This document shows positions 19,540 through 28,465 of a stretch of 64,000 bases of DNA, one piece after another. The stretch lies in assembly GCA_045540295.1 (NCBI GenBank), contig JAZQGY010000019.1:2388-66387 (forward strand). Direction: 5' to 3'. The notes beneath the pieces are model-generated. The model did no database searches and was not told the origin of the DNA. It saw only the letters and a program-made list of their open reading frames with translations. Source of the stretch: Clostridia bacterium. GTDB lineage: Bacteria; Bacillota; Clostridia; UMGS1840. Made by a program: the position numbers and the translations under genes. The first letter of the stretch is position 1. Every line of letters begins with the position of its first letter.

Positions 19540-20943
19540 CTAACATTCCTGCTCACCCACCAGCGACCAGGACATAACTTCGGTAACTCTTACCATTACA
19601 AAATCGCCTTCCGATACATCGGTTTTGGCTTTATAATTTATCACCTTGTTGGTGGTGGTTCTGCCTTGCCGCATCAAAGGATTATTTTTGCTTAAGCCTT
19701 CATCGATAATTTCGTAAGTATGATTTAAGTAAGCTTCGTTTGCTTCTCTGCAAATTTCCGTTTGTACTTCTAAAAGCTCGTTAAAGTTTCTGAGCTTTTC
19801 TTCATAGGTGCGAGGATCGTTCATCAAAGCTGCTTTCGTACCTTTTCTGGGAGAATAAATAAAAGTAAATAAATTATCAAAACGAACCTCACGAATTAAG
19901 GATAACGTATCGTAAAATTCTTCTTCAGTTTCGCCGGGAAACCCTACAATTACATCAGAGGTTAAGGCAATATCGGGAACGGCCTTTCTGATTTTTGAAA
20001 CCAAAGTAAGATAATCTTCTCTGGTATATCTACGATTCATTTCGGCTAACACACGGTTATTACCTGCCTGAAACGGCAAATGTAAGCTATTGCAAATTTT
20101 TTTGTTCGCATCCATCACAGCAATCAATTTATCGGTTAAATCCTTGGGATGAGAGGTTACAAAACGAATTCTTTTAATCTGGTCAATCTCACAAATAGCA
20201 GCCAATAGGTCGGGAAAATCCAAATCGTTTTCTAAATCCTTGCCGTAGGAATTCACATTTTGACCAAGCAAGGTCACTTCTTTGAGCCCTTTTTCACAAA
20301 GAGTGTTGATTTCCTTTAAAATATCTTCGGATTTACGGCTTCTTTCTCTACCTCGGGTATAGGGAACCACACAATAGGTGCAGAAATTATTACAGCCGTA
20401 CATAATGGGAATCGATGCCTTATACCATTTATCGTAAACAACAGGAACTCCCTCTGCAATCACACCGTCCACCGAGTCTACCGAGAACACACGTTCCCGT
20501 TCGGTCAATACATGATGCAGCATTTTAGGAAATTCGTGGATGACATGAGTACCAAACACCATATCCACAAACGGAAAGGTCTTTTTGATTCGCTCGCTTG
20601 CATGAGGCTGCTGCATTAAACATCCGCAAACGCCGATGACCATATCCGGATTCTTTTTCTTTTTCGCTTTCAAAGTGCCGACCTTACCGTACACCTTCAC
20701 TTCTGCATTTTCTCGAACAGAACAAGTGTTATAAATCACAAGGTCAGCATTTTTTTCATCGTCACCCTTTTGGTAGCCCATCTCAAAAAGCATAGCATAA
20801 AGCTTGTCCGAATCCGTTTCATTCTGGGCGCAACCGTATGTAACTACCACTGCGGTCTTCTTTGTCCCCTCATTTTTTAAGCGGACGTTTTTCATATATT
20901 CTTTTTGAATTTCAATAGTGTCTTTGGAAACAAATTCTATCAC
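19540..20943 (-). CDS. miaB: tRNA methylthiotransferase MiaB (radical SAM)
   Basis: 467 aa. UPF0004 N-domain Cys residues, GCNNFCTYCVVP radical-SAM motif, C-terminal TRAM domain. Confidence 0.9.
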   Translation of the reverse strand: MIEFVSKDTIEIQKEYMKNVRLKNEGTKKTAVVVTYGCAQNETDSDKLYAMLFEMGYQKGDDEKNADLVIYNTCSVRENAEVKVYGKVGTLKAKKKKNPDMVIGVCGCLMQQPHASERIKKTFPFVDMVFGTHVIHEFPKMLHHVLTERERVFSVDSVDGVIAEGVPVVYDKWYKASIPIMYGCNNFCTYCVVPYTRGRERSRKSEDILKEINTLCEKGLKEVTLLGQNVNSYGKDLENDLDFPDLLAAICEIDQIKRIRFVTSHPKDLTDKLIAVMDANKKICNSLHLPFQAGNNRVLAEMNRRYTREDYLTLVSKIRKAVPDIALTSDVIVGFPGETEEEFYDTLSLIREVRFDNLFTFIYSPRKGTKAALMNDPRTYEEKLRNFNELLEVQTEICREANEAYLNHTYEIIDEGLSKNNPLMRQGRTTTNKVINYKAKTDVSEGDFVMVRVTEVMSWSLVGEQEC

Positions 20944-20946
20944 GGT

Positions 20947-21672
20947 TTATATGCTCCTTATCACAAAAAATATCCGTTCGCTTTTTAAATGAGACGGTTT
21001 AAAACTAAATTCATCGTATACACCTTCCACCAAAAAACCGCATTGCTCAACAATTTTTTTAATTTCTGACACGGTGTATCCTCTTTCATAGTGAGTTTCT
21101 GATACCCGTCCGTAAGAACCGTCCTCACGGCGATAAAAAATATCCAAATCCATGGTTAAAAGACGGTCTTCATAAGTATTCTGCCAGATAAACATTTCTG
21201 TTTCGGTTTCGTCGGTAAAGGTATTATTTCCCAAAATATGGCGGAATTTATAAATGGTGGAAATATCAAAAATATACAATCCGTTAGGATTTAAATAATT
21301 TTTCACTAATTTAAAATGTTTTTTTAAATCTTCTTTTTCTAAAAGGTAGTTGACGCTGTCCAAAGAGGAATAGCAAGCATCTACCGTACCGTAAAGTTCA
21401 AAATCTGTCATCGACTGATTTAAGTATAAAATGGTGGCATCAGGATCTTTTTCTCTGGCCACATCCAGCATTTCCCAAGAATAGTCCACCCCAATCATTT
21501 CATAATCTTTTGCCATCATACGAGTCAGAGTTCCCGTACCGCAACAGATATCCAGAATCAGCTTGGGATTTATGGAAAATTTTTCAAATATTTTCTTGTA
21601 ATACCGATAAAATCTGCCATAATCAATGTCGTAGGCAAAACGGTCATAATAATATGAAAAATCCTGATACAT
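20947..21672 (-). CDS. class I SAM-dependent methyltransferase
   Basis: 241 aa. ILDICCGTG motif I. Confidence 0.75.
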   Translation of the reverse strand: MYQDFSYYYDRFAYDIDYGRFYRYYKKIFEKFSINPKLILDICCGTGTLTRMMAKDYEMIGVDYSWEMLDVAREKDPDATILYLNQSMTDFELYGTVDACYSSLDSVNYLLEKEDLKKHFKLVKNYLNPNGLYIFDISTIYKFRHILGNNTFTDETETEMFIWQNTYEDRLLTMDLDIFYRREDGSYGRVSETHYERGYTVSEIKKIVEQCGFLVEGVYDEFSFKPSHLKSERIFFVIRSI

Positions 21673-21684
21673 TTTGTATAATTC

Positions 21685-22887
21685 CTATCTATGTATATGT
21701 TTTGGTAGTCCGTTTTCGCTAAAAACCACAGAAGCTTCCCCAAAAATTAACGGCTTTAAATAGGTAATCAGTTTCTCAGATACATCATTCCCATTTATAA
21801 TCCATTCTTTGGGGACACATTTTTCGACGTTGGCGCTTTTGTGAATATCGGCAGATTCCACACAGATTTCATAAGGAGTATCGGAGAGGCGCTGAAACAC
21901 CATCATTTCCCCGCTATGCCCTGCCACTGCCCGTTTGACACCTGCTTCCCCGATAGCAAAGGATTCCGTGATATCGGTTTTGGATAATAGATGACCGGCA
22001 CATCGCTGACAAACATTTAGTTCTACACTTCTTGCTTTGCATGAAAGTTCTGCTTTCACCAAGTTTTCCAAGGCTTTTCCTGCACCGCTTAACATAGCGT
22101 GCCCGAAGGAATCAGTGGAACTGATGCCGCCTTCACAAATTAATGTTCCGTTTTCATCGTGAATCCCTTCTGAAACTGCCACAATCACCTGATGAATACC
22201 TTTTTCAAATAAAGATTGAATATCCTTCACAAACTGTTCTTTGGAAAATGCAACCTCAGGTAAATAAATCAAATGGGGTGCACTTCTGTTTTCATTTCTT
22301 GCCAATACAGATGCTCCGGTTAACCAACCTGCATGACGCCCCATAATTTCCACGATGGTGACAGATTTTAAATCATACACCATACTATCCTCCGTAATTT
22401 CTGCCACCGTGGTTGCCACATATTTTGCTGCAGAACCAAATCCGGGGGTATGGTCTGTAATTGCCAAATCATTATCAATGGTTTTGGGAATACCGATAAT
22501 TTTCACATCGAAATGATGCTCTGCGGCATAATCGGATAATTTGGAAACAGTATCCATGGAATCGTTTCCGCCGATATAAAGAAAATAGCCAATATTTTTT
22601 TTGGAAAAATAAGAAAATATCTGCTGATAAATTTCCGGGTTGTCGGAAGATGGAGGCAACTTTTTGCGGCAAGAGCCTAAAAATGCCGCCGGAGTTTGTT
22701 TTAAAATATCTAAATCTATATGATTCAGCTCAACGCAGTTATCGTTTAACACACCTTCAATTCCATAAACGGCACCGTAAATTTTATCAATAGATGTTTC
22801 TTTCTGGGCACCGCTGATGACACCTGCTAAGCTTGCGTTGATGGCGGCAGTTGGGCCGCCGGACTGGGCTACCAATAAGTTTTTCAT
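21685..22887 (-). CDS. pfp: phosphofructokinase with pyrophosphate-dependent signature residues
   Basis: SGGPTAAINA, GGNDS (Asp where ATP-PFKs have Gly104) and PKTIDND (Lys where ATP-PFKs have Gly124). Start at ATG 22887 after GGAGAG. Confidence 0.8.
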   Translation of the reverse strand: MKNLLVAQSGGPTAAINASLAGVISGAQKETSIDKIYGAVYGIEGVLNDNCVELNHIDLDILKQTPAAFLGSCRKKLPPSSDNPEIYQQIFSYFSKKNIGYFLYIGGNDSMDTVSKLSDYAAEHHFDVKIIGIPKTIDNDLAITDHTPGFGSAAKYVATTVAEITEDSMVYDLKSVTIVEIMGRHAGWLTGASVLARNENRSAPHLIYLPEVAFSKEQFVKDIQSLFEKGIHQVIVAVSEGIHDENGTLICEGGISSTDSFGHAMLSGAGKALENLVKAELSCKARSVELNVCQRCAGHLLSKTDITESFAIGEAGVKRAVAGHSGEMMVFQRLSDTPYEICVESADIHKSANVEKCVPKEWIINGNDVSEKLITYLKPLIFGEASVVFSENGLPKHIHR

Positions 22888-22907
22888 AATACTCTCCATA
22901 TTGTAAT

Positions 22908-23441
22908 TTACTTTGCTAAAAATTCTTTTTTATAATTCTCGATGCAATCTGCAATAATTTGCTTTGCTACTTCCGCACCTTCCACCATATTGACAATAGT
23001 TTCTTTATATTCCAGCATTTTATATACTTCATAAAAATGCTTGATTTCATGAAATAAATGATTTGGCAATTCGGAAACATCATGAAAGGAATTGTGATAA
23101 GGGTCATTTTCACAAACAGCAATAATCTTTTCATCAACGGCACCGTCATCAATCATACGAATAACGCCAATGGGATAACATTCCACCACCGTCATAGGCA
23201 TAATACCTTCCGTACAAAGAACCAATACGTCTAACGGGTCACCGTCCTGAGCATAGGTTCTTGGAATAAAACCGTAGTTTGCCGGATAGTGGGTAGATGT
23301 GTATAGCACTCGGTCTAATTTTAAAAGGCCTGTTTCTTTGTCCAGTTCGTATTTGTTTTTTCCGCCTTTTTCAATTTCGATGACTGCAGAAAACCGTTCG
23401 GGAGTAATTCTCTCGTCCCTCATATCATGCCAAATGTTCAT
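22908..23441 (-). CDS. ppa: family I inorganic pyrophosphatase
   Basis: 177 aa. YPANYGFIP, DGDPLDVLV, DEKIIAV motifs. Confidence 0.9.
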   Translation of the reverse strand: MNIWHDMRDERITPERFSAVIEIEKGGKNKYELDKETGLLKLDRVLYTSTHYPANYGFIPRTYAQDGDPLDVLVLCTEGIMPMTVVECYPIGVIRMIDDGAVDEKIIAVCENDPYHNSFHDVSELPNHLFHEIKHFYEVYKMLEYKETIVNMVEGAEVAKQIIADCIENYKKEFLAK

Positions 23442-23462
23442 AAGGATTCCTCCAATAATAAA

Positions 23463-24845
23463 TTAAAGCAGATGACTTCCATCTTGTAAAAATCTTTGCT
23501 TCTCACAAATAATGTCATCCAAATCTTTCATATACCGTTCCGGTTGTTTATCGGTGCGAAGCTTGGAGAACGGCTTTTTCGTTGCAAAATCAGTCAGCTT
23601 GGAAGTTCCTCCTGCACCAACTGCTATGACGGACGAAATCTCCTCCATCATAAAAATATTATAACTGCATACCTTCTGGTTTCGCATAAAACCGATATTT
23701 TCCAATCCTGCCACTGCATTTTTCTGGCGGTAAATATAGTACGGTTCATAAGAATCTGCTAACACTTCGTAGGAATATTGCAACATTTTTTCTGCTTCTA
23801 AGAATTGCTCCTTCTCATTTTGCATCCGCAGATCGGAGGTTCTTTTTTTGCACAAGGTATGTACGGTGATATGCTCCGGCGATAAAGATAAGATACCGTC
23901 CAAAGAATACTGAAATTCCGCAAAACCTTCTCCCGGAAGTGCCGCAATTAAATCGGTGTTGACGGTATCGAAAGAAAATTGTCTGCTTAATTCATAGGCT
24001 TTTAAAAACTCAGTAACAGTATGACGTCTGCCGATTCTGTCAAGAGTTGCTTGATTTAAGGTTTGCGGATTGATACTAATGCGCTTCACACCCATTTGGG
24101 ATAATACGGCAAGTTTTTCCCGCGTTATGGTATCTGCCCGTCCTGCCTCCACGGAAAACTCTTTGGGAATTTGGAAAGCCAAAACCGTTCCAATTAACTC
24201 CTCTAACTGTTTCTGTGTTAACACGGTAGGTGTTCCCCCGCCAATATAAACAGAATTCAAAGTAAGCTCACATTCCGAAATAGTTTGCAACACAGCCCGC
24301 AATTCCCGCATGAGAGCAGTAAAATAATCATCTATCAATAAAGAATAGGGTTTTAAATACTCCAGCGTGAAAGAACAGTATCCGCATCGTGTGGGACAAA
24401 ACGGAATGTGAATATACAAGGAAATTTCTTTTGGATTCAGGGTTTGACCGGTTTTTATCAGATGATTAGCACACTGTTTCATAACTTCTGCCTTATTCGG
24501 AGCAACCAAATACACAGAAGATAAACCGTCAGTAACATGTTCTGAAAATTTTAAAGCTGTCTGAGACGGGCGGACGCCTGTTAAAATGCCAAACGGCAAT
24601 TTGGCATCTGTAACAAAATATATTGCCCGCTTTAATGTCAGAAGCACATCATCCCGGATAATTGGTTCCGTATGACTTTTTTCCCCACAGGTAACGGTTA
24701 CCGAATCATCTCCGATATGATAAGCAATATCCAAATCAGCATTTTCTCCATTACAGATGATTTCATCGAAGGGAAAAATCATTTTCAGAAGATGGTATAT
24801 CCCATAGTGAAAAGATTCTATCTCATTTTTTAAATTGATGACCAT
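23463..24845 (-). CDS. HemN/HemZ-like radical SAM protein (coproporphyrinogen dehydrogenase family)
   Basis: 460 aa. CPTRCGYCSF CxxxCxxC motif with an N-terminal extension as in HemZ-type proteins. Confidence 0.7.
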   Translation of the reverse strand: MVINLKNEIESFHYGIYHLLKMIFPFDEIICNGENADLDIAYHIGDDSVTVTCGEKSHTEPIIRDDVLLTLKRAIYFVTDAKLPFGILTGVRPSQTALKFSEHVTDGLSSVYLVAPNKAEVMKQCANHLIKTGQTLNPKEISLYIHIPFCPTRCGYCSFTLEYLKPYSLLIDDYFTALMRELRAVLQTISECELTLNSVYIGGGTPTVLTQKQLEELIGTVLAFQIPKEFSVEAGRADTITREKLAVLSQMGVKRISINPQTLNQATLDRIGRRHTVTEFLKAYELSRQFSFDTVNTDLIAALPGEGFAEFQYSLDGILSLSPEHITVHTLCKKRTSDLRMQNEKEQFLEAEKMLQYSYEVLADSYEPYYIYRQKNAVAGLENIGFMRNQKVCSYNIFMMEEISSVIAVGAGGTSKLTDFATKKPFSKLRTDKQPERYMKDLDDIICEKQRFLQDGSHLL

Positions 24846-25459
24846 CTTAAAACCTCATTATGATGCTTTTCCTTCCCTACGGTTGTTTTGGGACCATGAC
24901 CGGAATAAATCACCGTATCGGAGGGAAGTGAGAAAATTCGCTTGGTAATGGAATGAACCAATTTGGCCAAATCTCCGGTAGGAAAATCCCATCTGCCCAG
25001 GGTTCCAAAAAACACCGTATCTCCGGAAAATAAAACGCCGTCAGTATATAAACACATACCGCCCTGAGTATGCCCGGGAGTATGCATTACAGTGAAGGAA
25101 AGACTGCCAACCGTGACAGTATCCCCTTCCCGCACATAAGAATCCACAACGGGAGTTGGAAAATCTGGTTTAAAATAACAAGAAAGAGATATTTGGGGAT
25201 TTAAAATCAAAGCCTGTTCTTCCTCGTGAGCAATCACTTTTGCATCGGTTTTCTGGCGAAGCTCGTTGACAGCGCCCACATGGTCATAGTGACCGTGCGT
25301 TAAAGCGATTGTTTCAACAAAAAGACCTTCCTCTGATATTACTTCCCAAATACGATCAAAATCATCACCGGGATCAACCACAAGACAACGTTTTTCATCA
25401 TCCCAAATCAGATGACAGTTTTCTTCCAGCTGACCTGTTACAACCGTTTTGATTTGCAT
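24830..25459 (-). CDS. MBL-fold metallo-hydrolase (glyoxalase II-like)
   Basis: THGHYDH metal motif. Start moved to ATG 25459 after GAGGA; 16-nt overlap with the downstream radical SAM gene. Confidence 0.85.
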   Translation of the reverse strand: MQIKTVVTGQLEENCHLIWDDEKRCLVVDPGDDFDRIWEVISEEGLFVETIALTHGHYDHVGAVNELRQKTDAKVIAHEEEQALILNPQISLSCYFKPDFPTPVVDSYVREGDTVTVGSLSFTVMHTPGHTQGGMCLYTDGVLFSGDTVFFGTLGRWDFPTGDLAKLVHSITKRIFSLPSDTVIYSGHGPKTTVGKEKHHNEVLRWSSI

Positions 25460-25546
25460 AGAAAATCCTCGAGAATTCGGCTGAAGAATATACTTCACCG
25501 ATTATATTTTTTCTATCTTATATCATACACTATTTTAACTCTTTTG

Positions 25547-28003
25547 TCAATTTATTTCCATAGAGATTTTATCATTTTTTAAAATTATTTTTGTCGGTGT
25601 TTTTTTGGTAAATTCTCCTTTTAAAATAGATTCTGCCAAAAAGTCTTCTATCTGTTTTTGAACGGCTCGCTTGAGCGGCCTTGCACCATAGCGGGAATCT
25701 GAACCAACCTTTGCGATATAAGAAATTACTTCCTCGGAAAAACTGACCATAAAACCTTTCTTTTCCATTCTTTTTTGAAGTTTATAAAGAAAAATTTCAA
25801 CAATCTTTTTCAAGTCCTGTTCCGTCAATTTTCGGAATACAATCATTTCATCAATACGGTTTAAAAACTCCGGTCGGAAGTATTTATTCAGTTTTTTGAT
25901 CACTCTTTGTGATAACTCTTCATGATTCCTCTTTTGATCCGAAAATTGCTCCCGAAATCCCGTGGGGCGAGTCTCCTCCGTTAACTCCTTAGCTCCAATA
26001 TTGGAGGTCATAATTAACAGTGCATTTTTAAAGCTAACATGTCTCCCGGAGGAATCGGTTAAAATGCCATCATCTAAAATCTGAAGCAACAAATGAAACA
26101 CATCGGGATGTGCTTTTTCAATTTCATCAAATAGTACCAGGCTATATGGATATCGTCTGATTTTTTCCGTCAACTTTCCCCCTTCTTGATAGCCAACATA
26201 TCCCGGTGGGGAACCAATCATCTTGGAGACACTATGTTTTTCCATATACTCCGACATATCCAAACGGATGATTGCATCTTCCGTACCAAATACCTGCTTA
26301 GCCAACGCTTTGGAAAGCTCGGTTTTCCCAACTCCCGTTGGTCCTAAAAACAAGAAAGAACCTAAGGGTCGGTCAGGATCGTTAAGCCCTGCTTTTGCCC
26401 TTCTGATTGCCTTGGAAACTGCCGCAATTGCTTCCTCCTGACCAACAATTTGCTTGCTAAGTTTTTCTTCCAGGCAGAGGAGCTTTTCTTGCTCATTTTG
26501 TTCTAATTTTTTTAACGGAATCCCTGTCCATTCTGCAACAATATCACTGATGTGGTTGGAGGTTACCACCTGTTCATTCTGATACCTTTCCGCCTTCCAT
26601 TCATCCATTTGGGTTTGATAATCTTTATGCAAGGTATTTTCTTCTTCTCTCATAATAAGTGCCCGACTGTAATCCTGTGTAGTAATTGCTTCCTCTTTTT
26701 CTTTTAAAACTCCTTTTAATTTTGTTTCCATATCACGGATATGAGGTGGAACTGTGTGCAGTTTTAATTTAACACGGGACGCTGCCTCATCTATTAAATC
26801 GATAGCTTTGTCAGGAAGAAAACGGTCTCTTAAATATCGGTGGGACAGTTCAGCTGCACTTTTTATGGCTTCTTCGGTAATTTTTACATTATGATGGGTT
26901 TCATAATGATCTTTAATTCCCTCCAACATACGAACAGTATCTTCCACGGTTGGCTCTGCCACCGTCACCGGTTGAAATCTTCGTTCCAACGCAGCATCTT
27001 TTTCGATATGTTTTCTGTATTCTTCAAACGTGGTGGCGCCTATCAGATGAATTTCACCACGGCTTAAAAAAGGTTTTAGAATATTCGCTGCGTCAATCGC
27101 ACCTTCCGCAGCACCTGCCCCCACAATGTTATGAATTTCATCAATAAATAAAATTATGTTTTCGTTTTTTTTCGCCTCATCAACTGCTTTTTTTACACGT
27201 TCTTCAAACTCTCCCCGATATTTTGTACCGGCTAGAACAGAAGAAATATCCAAGGATAAAATTCGTTTGTTTTTTAAAATATCAGGAATATCGCCATCTG
27301 CAATTTTTTGTGCCAATCCTTCGATAATTGCCGTTTTTCCGACTCCCGGTTCGCCAATCAAACAAGGATTGTTTTTACTGCGACGGCATAACACCTGAAT
27401 TACCCGTTCAATTTCTTTATCACGACCAATTACCGGATCAACCGTTCCCTCCAAACACATTTTCGTTAAGTCTCGGGAAACACTGTTTAGAAACGGAGTT
27501 TCAACTGTCGGTTTCCGTGAGGGATGACTGTTTTTCACTTTTTCTCCCAAATTCGGAGGAAGCATACCTCCTGAAACCATATCGTAAATATCAGTTTTCA
27601 TTTTCTCAGGATTTAATTTTAACTGCAGCAAAATCCTACCTGCTATAGAATCCTCCAGCGACAGTAGGGCCAACAAAAGATGCTCTGTGCCGATATAGTT
27701 GTGCCCCATTTCTTTTGCCTCCAAAAAACTAAGCTCAATCATCTGTTTTGTTTTTGGAGTAAAGGTGACTTTACCGGAATAAACATTAGCCGGCGCACCG
27801 TATATTTCATTGATTTTATGCAGCAGATTGCGCTCAGTTAACCCGTTGGAGGAAAGAATCCGATATGCAATCCCGTTTTTTTCTTTCAAAAGTCCGTACA
27901 ACAAATGTTCGCTACCCAAATAGCTTTGAGAAAAATCCCGGGCAAGTTGTTCCGCATAGGTTAACACGGATGCTGCTTTTTCCGTAAATTTTTTTTCAAA
28001 CAT
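25547..28003 (-). CDS. clpC: ATP-dependent Clp protease ATP-binding subunit ClpC
   Basis: Two Clp_N repeats, two AAA+ modules (GEPGVGKT, GPTGVGKT), UVR-like linker. Start at ATG 28003 after GAGGTG; the track's N-terminal 36 aa are upstream read-through. Confidence 0.9.
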   Translation of the reverse strand: MFEKKFTEKAASVLTYAEQLARDFSQSYLGSEHLLYGLLKEKNGIAYRILSSNGLTERNLLHKINEIYGAPANVYSGKVTFTPKTKQMIELSFLEAKEMGHNYIGTEHLLLALLSLEDSIAGRILLQLKLNPEKMKTDIYDMVSGGMLPPNLGEKVKNSHPSRKPTVETPFLNSVSRDLTKMCLEGTVDPVIGRDKEIERVIQVLCRRSKNNPCLIGEPGVGKTAIIEGLAQKIADGDIPDILKNKRILSLDISSVLAGTKYRGEFEERVKKAVDEAKKNENIILFIDEIHNIVGAGAAEGAIDAANILKPFLSRGEIHLIGATTFEEYRKHIEKDAALERRFQPVTVAEPTVEDTVRMLEGIKDHYETHHNVKITEEAIKSAAELSHRYLRDRFLPDKAIDLIDEAASRVKLKLHTVPPHIRDMETKLKGVLKEKEEAITTQDYSRALIMREEENTLHKDYQTQMDEWKAERYQNEQVVTSNHISDIVAEWTGIPLKKLEQNEQEKLLCLEEKLSKQIVGQEEAIAAVSKAIRRAKAGLNDPDRPLGSFLFLGPTGVGKTELSKALAKQVFGTEDAIIRLDMSEYMEKHSVSKMIGSPPGYVGYQEGGKLTEKIRRYPYSLVLFDEIEKAHPDVFHLLLQILDDGILTDSSGRHVSFKNALLIMTSNIGAKELTEETRPTGFREQFSDQKRNHEELSQRVIKKLNKYFRPEFLNRIDEMIVFRKLTEQDLKKIVEIFLYKLQKRMEKKGFMVSFSEEVISYIAKVGSDSRYGARPLKRAVQKQIEDFLAESILKGEFTKKTPTKIILKNDKISMEIN

Positions 28004-28083
28004 AAAATCACCTCTTCCTATCATTTTAGCCAAATACAATAAAAAAATACCAAAGGAAATGCAAAGAAAAATCCCAAAAAACA

Positions 28084-28115
28084 TGAAAGAAAAAGGGCTG
28101 CCTGACGGCAACCCT
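28084..28115 (-). terminator. intrinsic terminator directly after the SpoVM-like mini-ORF
   Basis: Minus strand AGGGUUGCC-GUCA-GGCAGCCCU (28115-28094; 9 bp with one G-U) followed by UUUUUCUUUC. Confidence 0.7.
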
Positions 28116-28120
28116 TTTTC

Positions 28121-28195
28121 TCATTTTTTTACCCGAAAAACCCAACGAAAAAATCCCTTTAAGTAAGACGGCGGACGGTAAACAACAATTTTCAT
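28121..28195 (-). CDS. spoVM: SpoVM-like 24-aa amphipathic sporulation peptide (absent from the ORF track)
   Basis: My translation: MKIVVYRPPSYLKGFFRWVFRVKK. GGAG lies 8 nt upstream of the ATG. It matches B. subtilis SpoVM (MKFYTIKLPKFLGGIVRAMLGSFRKD, recalled) at M1, K2, P9, L12, G14 and R17, with hydrophobic or basic residues elsewhere. It lies next to thiN, as spoVM does in B. subtilis, and the terminator follows at once. Confidence 0.55.
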   Translation of the reverse strand: MKIVVYRPPSYLKGFFRWVFRVKK

Positions 28196-28210
28196 AACCA
28201 TTTCTCCTTT

Positions 28211-28387
28211 TTAGAATTTTCTTCCCCGACGGCACAGTGACCAAAGACAGCCCACTCCGATCAGAATACAAGAGAGCATAATCACAATAATGACCAACGG
28301 AACCGATAACGCAATTAAAATTCCTAACCCCAAGGCAGAAAGCACCAATCCCCAGCTTAAAGAAAAGCATCCACGAATATTTTTCAT
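28211..28387 (-). CDS. 58-aa hydrophobic Cys-containing membrane peptide (hypothetical, absent from the ORF track)
   Basis: My translation: MKNIRGCFSLSWGLVLSALGLGILIALSVPLVIIVIMLSCILIGVGCLWSLCRRGRKF. GGAGGTG RBS 7 nt upstream of ATG 28387. Two hydrophobic spans and a basic C-terminal tail. Confidence 0.4.
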   Translation of the reverse strand: MKNIRGCFSLSWGLVLSALGLGILIALSVPLVIIVIMLSCILIGVGCLWSLCRRGRKF

Positions 28388-28416
28388 TTGATGGCACCTC
28401 CATCCTTTCTGATTTC

Positions 28417-28465
28417 ACAAAAAATACCAACATAATGACTCATCTGATATCATTATATTGGTATT
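28417..28465 (-). terminator. intrinsic terminator of the rlmN...thiN array
   Basis: 16-bp stem (28465-28450 / 28438-28423, one G-U), 11-nt loop, then TTTTTTG on the minus strand. The stem overlaps the thiN stop codon. Confidence 0.8.

Noticed and set aside
28026-28433. 135-aa ORF in the supplied track between clpC and thiN
   Set aside because: It has no RBS and an odd composition. It runs through the 28094-28115 terminator hairpin and overlaps, out of frame, two shorter ORFs that each have strong RBSs and sensible products. I treat it as a spurious longest-ORF call.
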